A stretch of 59,744 nucleotides of DNA, taken from Escherichia coli (GTDB lineage: Bacteria; Pseudomonadota; Gammaproteobacteria; Enterobacterales; Enterobacteriaceae). Made by a program: the position numbers and the translations under genes. Numbering within the stretch: the stretch's first letter is position 1; each line of letters opens with the position of its first letter. Location of the stretch: NCBI RefSeq assembly GCF_003334255.1, contig NZ_QOWU01000029.1; one strand, given 5' to 3'. Of this stretch, positions 49,287 through 59,744 are shown piece after piece. The notes beneath the pieces were generated by a model that was not told where the DNA came from, made no database searches, and saw only the letters and a program-made list of their open reading frames with translations.

Positions 49287-50426
49287 TTATCGCTGCGGCA
49301 AATAACGCAGCGGGTTTACGGATTTCCCCTTGTAACGAATTTCAAAATGCAAGCGTGTTGAACTGGTTCCGGTGCTACCCATGGTTGCTATTTTTTGCCC
49401 CGCCTTCACTTCTTGTTGTTCCCGGACCAGCATTGTGTCGTTATGGGCGTAGGCACTCAGGTAATCATCATTATGTTTGATGATAATCAGATTACCGTAG
49501 CCGCGCAGCGCGTTACCAGCATAAACAACGCGGCCATCTGCGGTCGCGATAATTGCCTGTCCTTTGCTGCCTGCGATATCAATCCCCTTGTTGCCCCCCT
49601 CAGAAGCGCCAAAGGTTTCGATCACTTTGCCCTCAGTCGGCCAGCGCCAGGTGGAGATAGGCGTACTGGTTGATGTACTGCTGACAGTTGGCTCGGTTGT
49701 GCTTGCTGTTGGTACCGTTACAGGCGCTGTGACCGTGGTCGCAGCTGGCTTGTTGTTCGGCAACATTTTGTTAGCACTCTGTTCACCCGAAGATTCAGAA
49801 TACGTAATTGTCGGTTGCGACGCAACAGCAACGGTGGAATTTTGTGCAGGCTTGATCACAACTCCTTGCTCTGCTGCGTCGGCCTGGGTAATGGCATTTC
49901 CGCCAGTGATTGGCGTACCGGAAGCATTACCCACCTGCAAGGTCTGACCAACGTTCAGCGCGTATGGTGCCTGAATATTGTTGCGCTGAGCAAGGTCACG
50001 GAAATCGTTGCCAGTAATCCAGGCGATATAGAAAAGTGTGTCGCCTTTTTTCACGGTATAGGTACTGCCGCTATAACTGCCTTTCGGAATGTTCCCATAC
50101 TGACGGTTATAGACGATGCGTCCGTTTTCCATCTGTACCGGCTGCTGAGCTACTGGCTGCACTGGCTGGATTTGCGGTTGTTGAGTAGCCTGAATTTGTG
50201 GCTGCTGTACCGGCTGAATTTGCGGTTGCTGCGCTGTAGACGTCGTCCCCATTTTCGGCGGCGGCGTAATCAACATACCAGAATTAGTATTTGCAGGCGC
50301 ATTGCCATTAACGGAGCTGACCGGTGCCGGTGGATTTGAAGTGTCAGAACAGCCTGCCAGCCATAGCGAAACCAGTGACAAAGCCGCAATGCGGCGAACG
50401 GTGAATTTTGGGCTTCCCGCGCTCAT
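49287..50426 (-). CDS. nlpD: Murein hydrolase activator NlpD (LysM and LytM domains, lipoprotein), 379 aa
   Basis: ORF track; lipobox LAGCS, Q/P-rich repeat, LysM and M23-peptidase-like C-terminus. Confidence 0.95.
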   Translation of the reverse strand: MSAGSPKFTVRRIAALSLVSLWLAGCSDTSNPPAPVSSVNGNAPANTNSGMLITPPPKMGTTSTAQQPQIQPVQQPQIQATQQPQIQPVQPVAQQPVQMENGRIVYNRQYGNIPKGSYSGSTYTVKKGDTLFYIAWITGNDFRDLAQRNNIQAPYALNVGQTLQVGNASGTPITGGNAITQADAAEQGVVIKPAQNSTVAVASQPTITYSESSGEQSANKMLPNNKPAATTVTAPVTVPTASTTEPTVSSTSTSTPISTWRWPTEGKVIETFGASEGGNKGIDIAGSKGQAIIATADGRVVYAGNALRGYGNLIIIKHNDDYLSAYAHNDTMLVREQQEVKAGQKIATMGSTGTSSTRLHFEIRYKGKSVNPLRYLPQR

Positions 50427-50565
50427 TTATCCCCCAGGAAAAATTGGTTAATAACCAGTGACATAATTACCGTGCAAGGCACCCTACTGAACACTGGAAA
50501 AGATGTTCACGATACGCTGACCTGCGGCAAAATAACCAGGAAAAATCCAGGTATTTCCTCACGTT

Positions 50566-51927
<1,362 letters not shown>

Positions 51928-51947
<20 letters not shown>

Positions 51948-52977
51948 AATCACCTGTTGTGTTGATAAGTTCCCTGACAACGCTGGTTGCAAAACTACCC
52001 GCCGGAAGCCAGAAACGGATCTCTACGGTGACGTCATCCCACCAATTCCAGCTTAATTGTTGCGGATACAGCAGCATCGCTCTGCGCGCGGCTTCAACTT
52101 TTTCGCGCACCAGTAAAGCTTGTAATTCAGTTTCTGCGGCGACAGCTGCTTGTTCGAATGCCAGCGCTTCACGCTGAGTTCCCCATTCGCCACTGCCCGG
52201 CAATGCGGCGGTTATCATCAGCTCTTTATCGTTAACGCGACGCTGTAATTCCGCCAGTTCTTCGGTGGTTGCGACAAACCAGCTACCACGTCCGGCTAAT
52301 TGTAGCGCATCGCCGTCAACAACTTGATTAACGTCTGCTTTTTTGAGGCGCTCAGCAACAATCTGATTAAACAACGCACTGCGGGCTGCCGACAACCAAA
52401 AACTCCGTTTATTGCGATCGCGCACCGGAGTATTGGTTTGCGCCCAGCGCTGCGCCCCCTGCAAGTTGCTACCGCCAATCCCAAAACGTTGGGCACCGAA
52501 GTAGTTCGGTACACCTTTTACGCAAATATCGTTCAGACGTTGTTCAACGTCATCGCGATTGCTCACTTCGCGCAGAACCAGGGTAAAGGCGTTTCCTTTC
52601 AGCGCCCCTAAACGCAGCTTGCGCTTGTGCCGCGCATACTCCAGCACCTGGCAGCCTTCCAGTTGAAAGGCGCTCAGATCGGGCATTTCCTTGCCCGGCA
52701 CGCGAGCGCATAACCACTGTTCCGTAACAGCATGTTTGTCTTTTTGCCCAGCGAAGCTGACTTCACGGGCATGAATTTTCAGGAATTTCGCCAGTGCATC
52801 CGCCACAAAACGGGTATTGCAGCCGTTTTTGAGGATTCTAACCAGAATATGCTCACCTTCACCATCAGGCTCAAAGCCCAAATCTTCCACCACCACAAAG
52901 TCTTCCGGATTGGCTTTCAGCAGCCCGGTGCCTTGCGGTTTACCGTGGAGGTAAGTGAGATTATCAAACTCAATCAT
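51928..52977 (-). CDS. truD: tRNA pseudouridine(13) synthase TruD, 349 aa
   Basis: ORF track; position between ispF and surE. Confidence 0.94.
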
Positions 52978-53453
52978 TTTGTTGCCTTAATGAGTAGCGC
53001 CACCGCTTCACAGGCAATCCCTTCCCCACGTCCGGTAAATCCCAGTTTTTCCGTAGTAGTGGCTTTCACGTTAACATCATCCATATGGCAGCCGAGATCT
53101 TCGGCAATAAACACGCGCATTTGTGGAATGTGCGGCAACATCTTCGGTGCCTGAGCGATGATAGTGACATCGACGTTGCCAAGGGTATAACCCTTCGCCT
53201 GAATACGACGCCAGGCTTCGCGTAGCAGCTCGCGGCTATCGGCACCTTTAAATGCCGGATCGGTATCCGGGAACAGCTTGCCGATATCCCCCAGCGCCGC
53301 CGCGCCAAGCAATGCATCGGTCAACGCATGGAGCGCCACGTCGCCATCAGAATGCGCCAGCAATCCTTTTTCGTAAGGAATGCGTACGCCACCAATGATA
53401 ATTGGGCCTTCACCGCCAAAGGCATGTACGTCAAAACCGTGTCCAATTCGCAT
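52974..53453 (-). CDS. ispF: 2-C-methyl-D-erythritol 2,4-cyclodiphosphate synthase, 159 aa
   Basis: ORF track; N-terminal [12 protein letters not shown] zinc-binding motif. Confidence 0.96.
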
Positions 53454-54163
53454 TATGTATTCTCCTGATGGATGGTTCGGGTGAGGTAAAACTCGGCCAG
53501 TGCCAAATCTTCCGGGCGCGTGACTTTAATGTTATCCGCACGGCCTTCGACCAACTGAGGATGGAATCCGCAATATTCCAGCGCCGAGGCTTCGTCGGTA
53601 ATAGTCGCGCCTTCATTTAGAGCGCGCGTCAGACAGTCATGTAACAGCTCACGAGGGAAAAATTGCGGCGTCAGCGCGTGCCATAAGCCGTTGCGATCAA
53701 CGGTATGAGCAATGGCATTTTTGCCCGGTTCGGCACGTTTCATAGTATCGCGCACTGGTGCGGCGAGGATCCCCCCCGTGCGGCTGGTTTCGCTCAACGC
53801 CAACAATCGCGCGAGGTCATCCTGATGCAAACAAGGACGAGCGGCGTCATGCACCAATACCCACTGCGCGTCGCCAGCGGCTTTCAGACCTGCCAGCACG
53901 GAATCGGCACGCTCATCACCGCCATCTACAACGGTGATTTGCGGATGATTCGCCAGAGGAAGTTGTGCAAAACGGCTATCGCCAGGACTTATGGCAATGA
54001 CGACTCGTTTCACCCGGGGATGCGCCAGCAGCGCATGCACCGAGTGTTCAAGAATGGTTTGATTACCGATTGAGAGATATTGCTTAGGACATTCCGTTTG
54101 CATTCGACGGCCAAATCCGGCCGCCGGAACCACGGCGCAAACATCCAAATGAGTGGTTGCCAT
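53453..54163 (-). CDS. ispD: 2-C-methyl-D-erythritol 4-phosphate cytidylyltransferase, 236 aa
   Basis: ORF track; N-terminal [10 protein letters not shown] motif. Confidence 0.96.
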
Positions 54164-54181
54164 GTTAATTCCCGGGCTGAT

Positions 54182-54493
54182 TTATCGATTGTTTTGCCCC
54201 GCAGACTGTGCGCGCTTCGACGCGTCAGGCACCAGACGATAAAAAGTTTCGCCCGGCCTGGTCATGCTGAGTTCATTACGCGCACGCTCTTCGAGCGCCT
54301 CCTGGCCGCCATTGAGATCGTCAATTTCGGCAAAAAGTTGATCGTTTCGCGCTTTAAGTTTCGCGTTTGTAGCTTGCTGTGCCGCCACATCATCATTGAC
54401 GCGGGTATAGTCATGTATACCGTTCTTACCGAACCACAGCGAATACTGTAGCCAGACCAGAATAGCCAGCAACAGCAGCGTTAGTTTACCCAT
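54182..54493 (-). CDS. ftsB: Cell division protein FtsB, 103 aa
   Basis: ORF track; N-terminal transmembrane segment followed by a coiled coil. Confidence 0.94.
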
Positions 54494-54686
54494 CCTGCCC
54501 CCTGAAAAACGGCATCATCATCCCATGCATCCGAAGACGACTCTACATCCTCTGTTGGGGATACCGCGACAACGCGGGCAAATGTACCACATTTGTCCAT
54601 TGTTACGTATACCCAGGGCGTGCAGAACATAATCTCATTATTAGTTACGGTTTGAATTATGAACAGAGGAGACGGGAAAGTACAAA

Positions 54687-55010
54687 TTAGCCCAGTAGCC
54701 ACATAAACAGTGCGCCAAACATAATGCCTACTGTCACCAGGGTGAAAACAATACTGTAGCGTAGCTTTCCGTCCATCAATGAATGCAGCGCAATCCCCAC
54801 CACTACCGCGACGGGCATCAGCGCAAGAAAGAAAGGCCAGGTGTAGATAAAGAAGAACAGCGTGTTAGAGCCATAAATCAACATCGGCATCGCCAGCGCA
54901 AATAACCAGGAGATAAAACCGACCACGGCACCAGGCAGTGACCATGTGGTTTCTTCATCCTCAGTAAGGCTGTCGTTATTTGTTAGTGTAATGTTATGGC
55001 TATTACGCAT
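54687..55010 (-). CDS. ygbE: Inner membrane protein YgbE (DUF3561), 107 aa
   Basis: ORF track; small hydrophobic protein between cysC and ftsB. Confidence 0.8.
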   Translation of the reverse strand: MRNSHNITLTNNDSLTEDEETTWSLPGAVVGFISWLFALAMPMLIYGSNTLFFFIYTWPFFLALMPVAVVVGIALHSLMDGKLRYSIVFTLVTVGIMFGALFMWLLG

Positions 55011-55059
55011 ATTTGATCCTGTTACTTTGACGAACCGGGCATGGAAACCCGGTGGTGTC

Positions 55060-55665
55060 TCAGGATCTGATAATATCGTTCTGTCTCAACAGATCTAATA
55101 ATTGCTGTACCAAATTTGTTACTAATTGTTCACCATTGAGATGAATTTCTGCCGATTCAGGCGCTTCGTAAACGGAATCTATTCCCGTAAAGTAGCGCAG
55201 TTCACCGGCACGCGCTTTCTTATATAAGCCTTTTGGATCGCGGGCTTCGCAAATCGCCAGCGGCGTATCGACAAACACTTCGATAAAGCGCCCTTCTCCT
55301 ACGCGTTCACGAACCATCTGGCGTTCGGCGCGGTGTGGCGAGATAAATGCGGTCAGCACCACCAGTCCGGCTTCAACCATCAAATTCGCCACTTCACCGA
55401 CGCGACGGATATTCTCTTTACGATCGGCATCGCTAAAACCGAGATCGCTGCATAATCCGTGGCGAACATTATCGCCATCCAGCAGATACGTACTGACGCC
55501 GAGTTTATGTAACGCCTCCTCCAGCGCCCCGGCGACCGTTGATTTACCGGACCCGGAGAGGCCGGTAAACCACAGCACTACACCACGATGACCGTGGTGT
55601 AGCTCGCGTTGTTGCACAGTGACCGGATGGCTATGCCAGACGACGTTTTCGTCATGCAGCGCCAT
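55060..55665 (-). CDS. cysC: Adenylyl-sulfate kinase, 201 aa
   Basis: ORF track; P-loop GLSGSGKST. Confidence 0.96.
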   Translation of the reverse strand: MALHDENVVWHSHPVTVQQRELHHGHRGVVLWFTGLSGSGKSTVAGALEEALHKLGVSTYLLDGDNVRHGLCSDLGFSDADRKENIRRVGEVANLMVEAGLVVLTAFISPHRAERQMVRERVGEGRFIEVFVDTPLAICEARDPKGLYKKARAGELRYFTGIDSVYEAPESAEIHLNGEQLVTNLVQQLLDLLRQNDIIRS

Positions 55666-57092
55666 TATTTATCCCCCAGCAAATCGCGCGCGCCCCAGTG
55701 TGGAAAGTGGCGGCGAACCAGGGCATTCAATTCCAGTTCGAATGCACTAAATTCAGATGGCGCAGCAGTTGCCTGGCTAACTGGCTCATGCACCATACCG
55801 GCACCTACGGTCACATTGCTCAGGCGATCGATAAAAATCAGCCCACCGGTAACCGGGTTTTGCTGATAACGATCTAACACCAGTGGCTCGTCAAAAGTGA
55901 GATCCACCAGGCCGATGCCGTTCAGCGGCAGGTTTTCAACTTCGCGTTGGGTAAGGTTATTAATATCAACCTGATAACGAATGCCATCAACACGAGCACG
56001 CGTCTTCTTACCGGCAATTTTGATGTCATAACTCTGGCCCGGGGAAAGCGGCTGTTCCGCCATCCATACCACATCCACCGACGCGCTCTGCACAGCTGGT
56101 AACGCTTCGTCTGCCGCCAGCAGCAGATCGCCACGGCTGATGTCGATCTCATCCGTCAGCACCAGGGTGATCGCTTCTCCGGCAAAGGCTTCTTCGCGAT
56201 CGCCATCAAAAGTCACGATCCGGGCGACGTTTGATTCCACACCAGAGGGCAGCACTTTGACTCGTTGCCCGACTTCTACGCGACCGGATGCCAGCGTTCC
56301 GGCGTAACCACGAAAATCGAGATTCGGGCGATTAACGTACTGCACCGGGAAGCGCATTGGCTGAGCATCCACCACTCGCTGGATCTCCACGGTTTCCAGC
56401 ACTTCGAGCAGTGTTGGACCGCTGTACCACGCCATACTTTCACTTTGCGAAGCCACGTTGTCGCCTTCCAGTGCAGAGAGCGGCACAAAGCGGATATCCA
56501 GATTACCCGGCAGCTGCCCGGCAAAGGTCAGATAATCTTCACGAATACGGGTGAACGTCTTTTCACTGTAATCCACCAGATCCATTTTGTTGATCGCCAC
56601 GACCAGATGTTTGATCCCCAACAGTGTGGAGATAAAACTGTGACGACGGGTTTGATCGAGCACGCCTTTACGGGCATCGATCAGTAAGATCGCCAGTTCA
56701 CATGTCGATGCGCCAGTCGCCATATTGCGGGTGTACTGCTCGTGCCCTGGGGTGTCGGCGATAATAAATTTACGCTTCTCGGTAGAGAAATAGCGGTAAG
56801 CCACGTCAATGGTGATGCCCTGTTCGCGCTCAGCTTGCAGGCCGTCCACCAGCAGTGCCAGATCCAGCTTTTCGCCCTGGGTGCCGTGACGTTTACTGTC
56901 GTTATGCAGCGATGAGAGCTGATCTTCGTAGATTTGGCGGGTATCGTGCAGCAGGCGACCAATCAGGGTACTTTTGCCGTCATCGACGCTACCACAGGTC
57001 AGAAAACGCAGCAGGCTTTTATGTTGTTGCGCAATCATCCAGGCTTCGACGCCGCCTTCATTGGCGATTTGTTGTGCAAGTGCGGTGTTCAT
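55665..57092 (-). CDS. cysN: Sulfate adenylyltransferase subunit 1 (GTPase), 475 aa
   Basis: ORF track; GTP-binding motifs GSVDDGKST and DTPGH. Confidence 0.96.
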   Translation of the reverse strand: MNTALAQQIANEGGVEAWMIAQQHKSLLRFLTCGSVDDGKSTLIGRLLHDTRQIYEDQLSSLHNDSKRHGTQGEKLDLALLVDGLQAEREQGITIDVAYRYFSTEKRKFIIADTPGHEQYTRNMATGASTCELAILLIDARKGVLDQTRRHSFISTLLGIKHLVVAINKMDLVDYSEKTFTRIREDYLTFAGQLPGNLDIRFVPLSALEGDNVASQSESMAWYSGPTLLEVLETVEIQRVVDAQPMRFPVQYVNRPNLDFRGYAGTLASGRVEVGQRVKVLPSGVESNVARIVTFDGDREEAFAGEAITLVLTDEIDISRGDLLLAADEALPAVQSASVDVVWMAEQPLSPGQSYDIKIAGKKTRARVDGIRYQVDINNLTQREVENLPLNGIGLVDLTFDEPLVLDRYQQNPVTGGLIFIDRLSNVTVGAGMVHEPVSQATAAPSEFSAFELELNALVRRHFPHWGARDLLGDK

Positions 57093-57093
57093 C

Positions 57094-58002
57094 TTAAAAA
57101 TACCCCTGACGTTTTTTCAGCTCCATAGACCCCGCCTGGTCGCGGTCAATCACGCGGCCCTGACGTTCACTGGTGGTAGAAACCAGCATCTCTTCGATGA
57201 TCTCCGGTAGTGTTTGTGCATTTGACTCCACCGCACCGGTCAGCGGCCAGCAGCCCAGCGTACGGAAACGCACCATCCGTTTTTTAATCACTTCGCCCGG
57301 TTGCAGGTCGATACGGTTGTCATCAATCATCATCAACATACCGTCGCGTTCCAGAACCGGACGTTCCGCAGCGAGATACAGCGGCACAATGTCGATATTT
57401 TCCAGCCAGATGTATTGCCAGATATCCTGCTCGGTCCAGTTAGAGAGCGGGAAGACGCGGATGCTTTCGCCTTTGTTAATTTGCCCGTTGTAGTTGTGCC
57501 ACAGCTCTGGGCGCTGATTTTTCGGATCCCAGCGATGGAAGCGGTCACGGAAAGAGTAGATTCGCTCTTTAGCGCGGGATTTCTCTTCGTCACGGCGCGC
57601 ACCACCGAAGGCGGCATCAAAACCGTATTTGTTCAGCGCCTGTTTCAGGCCTTCAGTTTTCATAATATCGGTATGTTTCGCGCTGCCGTGCACGAATGGA
57701 TTAATCCCCATCGCCACGCCTTCCGGGTTTTTATGCACCAGCAGCTCGCAGCCGTAGGCTTTCGCCGTACGATCGCGGAACTCATACATCTCGCGGAATT
57801 TCCAGCCGGTATCGACATGCAGCAACGGGAAAGGCAGCGTACCTGGATAAAACGCCTTGCGCGCCAGATGCAGCATGACGCTGGAATCTTTACCGATAGA
57901 GTAGAGCATCACCGGATTTGAGAATTCTGCCGCCACCTCGCGAATAATGTGGATGCTTTCCGCCTCCAGTTGCCGCAGGTGAGTAAGTCGTATTTGATCC
58001 AT
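57094..58002 (-). CDS. cysD: Sulfate adenylyltransferase subunit 2, 302 aa
   Basis: ORF track; PAPS-reductase-like fold, N-terminal [17 protein letters not shown]. Confidence 0.96.
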   Translation of the reverse strand: MDQIRLTHLRQLEAESIHIIREVAAEFSNPVMLYSIGKDSSVMLHLARKAFYPGTLPFPLLHVDTGWKFREMYEFRDRTAKAYGCELLVHKNPEGVAMGINPFVHGSAKHTDIMKTEGLKQALNKYGFDAAFGGARRDEEKSRAKERIYSFRDRFHRWDPKNQRPELWHNYNGQINKGESIRVFPLSNWTEQDIWQYIWLENIDIVPLYLAAERPVLERDGMLMMIDDNRIDLQPGEVIKKRMVRFRTLGCWPLTGAVESNAQTLPEIIEEMLVSTTSERQGRVIDRDQAGSMELKKRQGYF

Positions 58003-58253
58003 AACCGTTCCTTTGCAATACCGCTATTTTCTTGCCATCAGATGTTTCGACTATAGGGAGCGTAAGAGAACGAATGAAATTACCAATTAGAATGAGTAGT
58101 TCCTTAACGGAATAACGATTTGGCAAAGCTAATATCAAAAAGTGCTTAAGGCACCGGATTTCGGGCGTTTAGGAAGATTTGAAATTGTTTTAGCGCAGCG
58201 GCAGTTTCATACTATGGCGGTAAAAAAATTTGCATGGTATTTAAGGACTCACT

Positions 58254-59291
58254 ATGTTTTCCGCATTGCGCCACCGTACCGCTGCCCTAGCGCTCGGCGT
58301 ATGCTTTATTCTCCCCGTACACGCCTCGTCACCTAAACCTGGCGATTTTGCTAATACCCAGGCACGACATATTGCTACTTTCTTTCCGGGACGCATGACC
58401 GGAACTCCAGCAGAAATGTTATCTGCCGATTATATTCGCCAACAGTTTCAGCAAATGGGTTATCGCAGTGATATTCGGACATTTAATAGTCGGTATATTT
58501 ATACCGCCCGCGATAATCGCAAGAACTGGCATAACGTGACAGGAAGTACGGTGATTGCCGCTCATGAAGGCAAAGCGCCGCAGCAGATCATCATTATGGC
58601 GCATCTGGATACTTACGCCCCGCTGAGCGATGCTGACGCCGATGCCAATCTCGGCGGGCTGACGTTACAAGGAATGGATGATAACGCCGCAGGTTTAGGT
58701 GTCATGCTGGAATTGGCAGAACGCCTGAAAAATACGCCTACCGAGTATGGTATTCGATTTGTGGCGACCAGCGGCGAAGAGGAAGGGAAATTAGGCGCTG
58801 AGAATTTACTCAAGCGGATGAGTGACACCGAAAAGAAAAATACGCTGCTGGTGATTAATCTCGATAACTTAATTGTTGGCGATAAATTGTATTTCAACAG
58901 CGGTGTAAAAACCCCTGAAGCAGTAAGGAAATTAACGCGCGACAGGGCGCTGGCAATTGCGCGCAGTCACGGAATAGCCGCAACGACCAATCCGGGTTTG
59001 AATAAAAATTATCCGAAAGGCACTGGGTGTTGTAATGACGCAGAAATATTCGACAAAGCGGGCATTGCTGTACTTTCGGTGGAAGCGACTAACTGGAATC
59101 TTGGGAATAAGGATGGTTATCAGCAACGCGCAAAAACAGCCGCATTCCCTGCGGGAAATAGCTGGCATGACGTAAGACTGGATAATCAACAGCATATTGA
59201 TAAGGCACTTCCTGGAAGAATAGAACGTCGCTGCCGTGACGTTATGCGGATAATGCTACCGTTGGTGAAGGAGCTGGCGAAGGCGTCTTGA
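58254..59291 (+). CDS. iap: Alkaline phosphatase isozyme conversion aminopeptidase, 345 aa
   Basis: ORF track; signal peptide and M28-type peptidase motifs; immediately upstream of the CRISPR array. Confidence 0.94.
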   Translation: MFSALRHRTAALALGVCFILPVHASSPKPGDFANTQARHIATFFPGRMTGTPAEMLSADYIRQQFQQMGYRSDIRTFNSRYIYTARDNRKNWHNVTGSTVIAAHEGKAPQQIIIMAHLDTYAPLSDADADANLGGLTLQGMDDNAAGLGVMLELAERLKNTPTEYGIRFVATSGEEEGKLGAENLLKRMSDTEKKNTLLVINLDNLIVGDKLYFNSGVKTPEAVRKLTRDRALAIARSHGIAATTNPGLNKNYPKGTGCCNDAEIFDKAGIAVLSVEATNWNLGNKDGYQQRAKTAAFPAGNSWHDVRLDNQQHIDKALPGRIERRCRDVMRIMLPLVKELAKAS

Positions 59292-59313
59292 TGGGTTTGA
59301 AAATGGGAGCTGG

Positions 59314-59646
59314 GAGTTCTACCGCAGGGGCGGGGGAACTCCAAGTGATATCCATCATCGCATCCAGTGCGCCCGGTTTATCCCCGCTGACGCGGGGAAC
59401 ACACATGAATGTCGGTTCAGACCGTGTTTTTACCCGGTTTATCCCCGCTGGCGCGGGGAACACGGAATGATATTTCAATAAATAATTATAACAATCGGTT
59501 TATCCCCGCTGGCGCGGGGAACACCCCTCACACCGATTCGCCAAACGGTGGAGAAGCGGTTTATCCCCGCTGGCGCGGGGAACACAGCCGGGCGAAATTT
59601 TGATTCATCGTGATGACCGGTTTATCCCCGCTGGCGCGGGGAACAC
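59314..59646 (-). CRISPR. Type I-E-style CRISPR array end: five 29-bp repeats with four 32-bp spacers, plus a degenerate terminal repeat and a 31-bp spacer-like segment on the iap side
   Basis: Repeats cggtttatccccgctggcgcggggaacac at 59374, 59435, 59496, 59557 and 59618; the first carries G to A (gctgacgcg); a degenerate unit lies at about 59314-59342; + strand shows the reverse complement of the I-E repeat, so transcription is inferred on the minus strand. Confidence 0.93.
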
Positions 59647-59744
59647 CCTGAACGGTGGGGAAAAACCCCATAAGCGCTAACTTAAGGGTTGAACCATCTG
59701 AAGAATGCGACGCCTCGGTGCCTCGTTAAGACGATGCCTCGCGT

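Noticed and set aside
59292-59744. Calling the whole window end an active CRISPR-Cas system
   Set aside because: Only the array is visible; no cas gene and no clear leader are in the window, so I report the array and leave system status open.

Overview
This window reads as a contiguous, syntenic stretch of an Escherichia coli-type (K-12-like) chromosome. In order: tRNA-Arg and tRNA-Ser, csrA, alaS, recX-recA, pncC, mltB, the srl/gut sorbitol PTS operon, norR-norVW, hypF-hydN, the asc beta-glucoside operon, the hyc formate hydrogenlyase operon divergent from hypABCDE-fhlA, ygbA, mutS, pphB, the ygbI/ygbJKLMN acid-sugar cluster, rpoS-nlpD-pcm-surE-truD-ispF-ispD-ftsB, ygbE, cysDNC, iap, and the iap-proximal end of a type I-E-style CRISPR array ending about 100 bp before the window end. 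Coding density is high and nearly every long ORF has a recognisable, well-studied product. I see no integrase, transposase, toxin-antitoxin or defence gene in the window, so I find no positive evidence for a previously undescribed system. The items most worth a second look are the CRISPR array at the 3-prime edge (any cas genes lie outside the window), a 19-bp duplicate of the tRNA-Arg 3-prime end at the 5-prime edge, and the regulatory architecture (sigma54 enhancer promoters, NsrR and LexA operators, REP clusters). Gene identities are recognised from the translated ORF track by memory, not by database search. Several track ORFs carry N-terminal extensions; I give the start I consider canonical. 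Motif coordinates were counted by hand and may be off by 1-2 nt.
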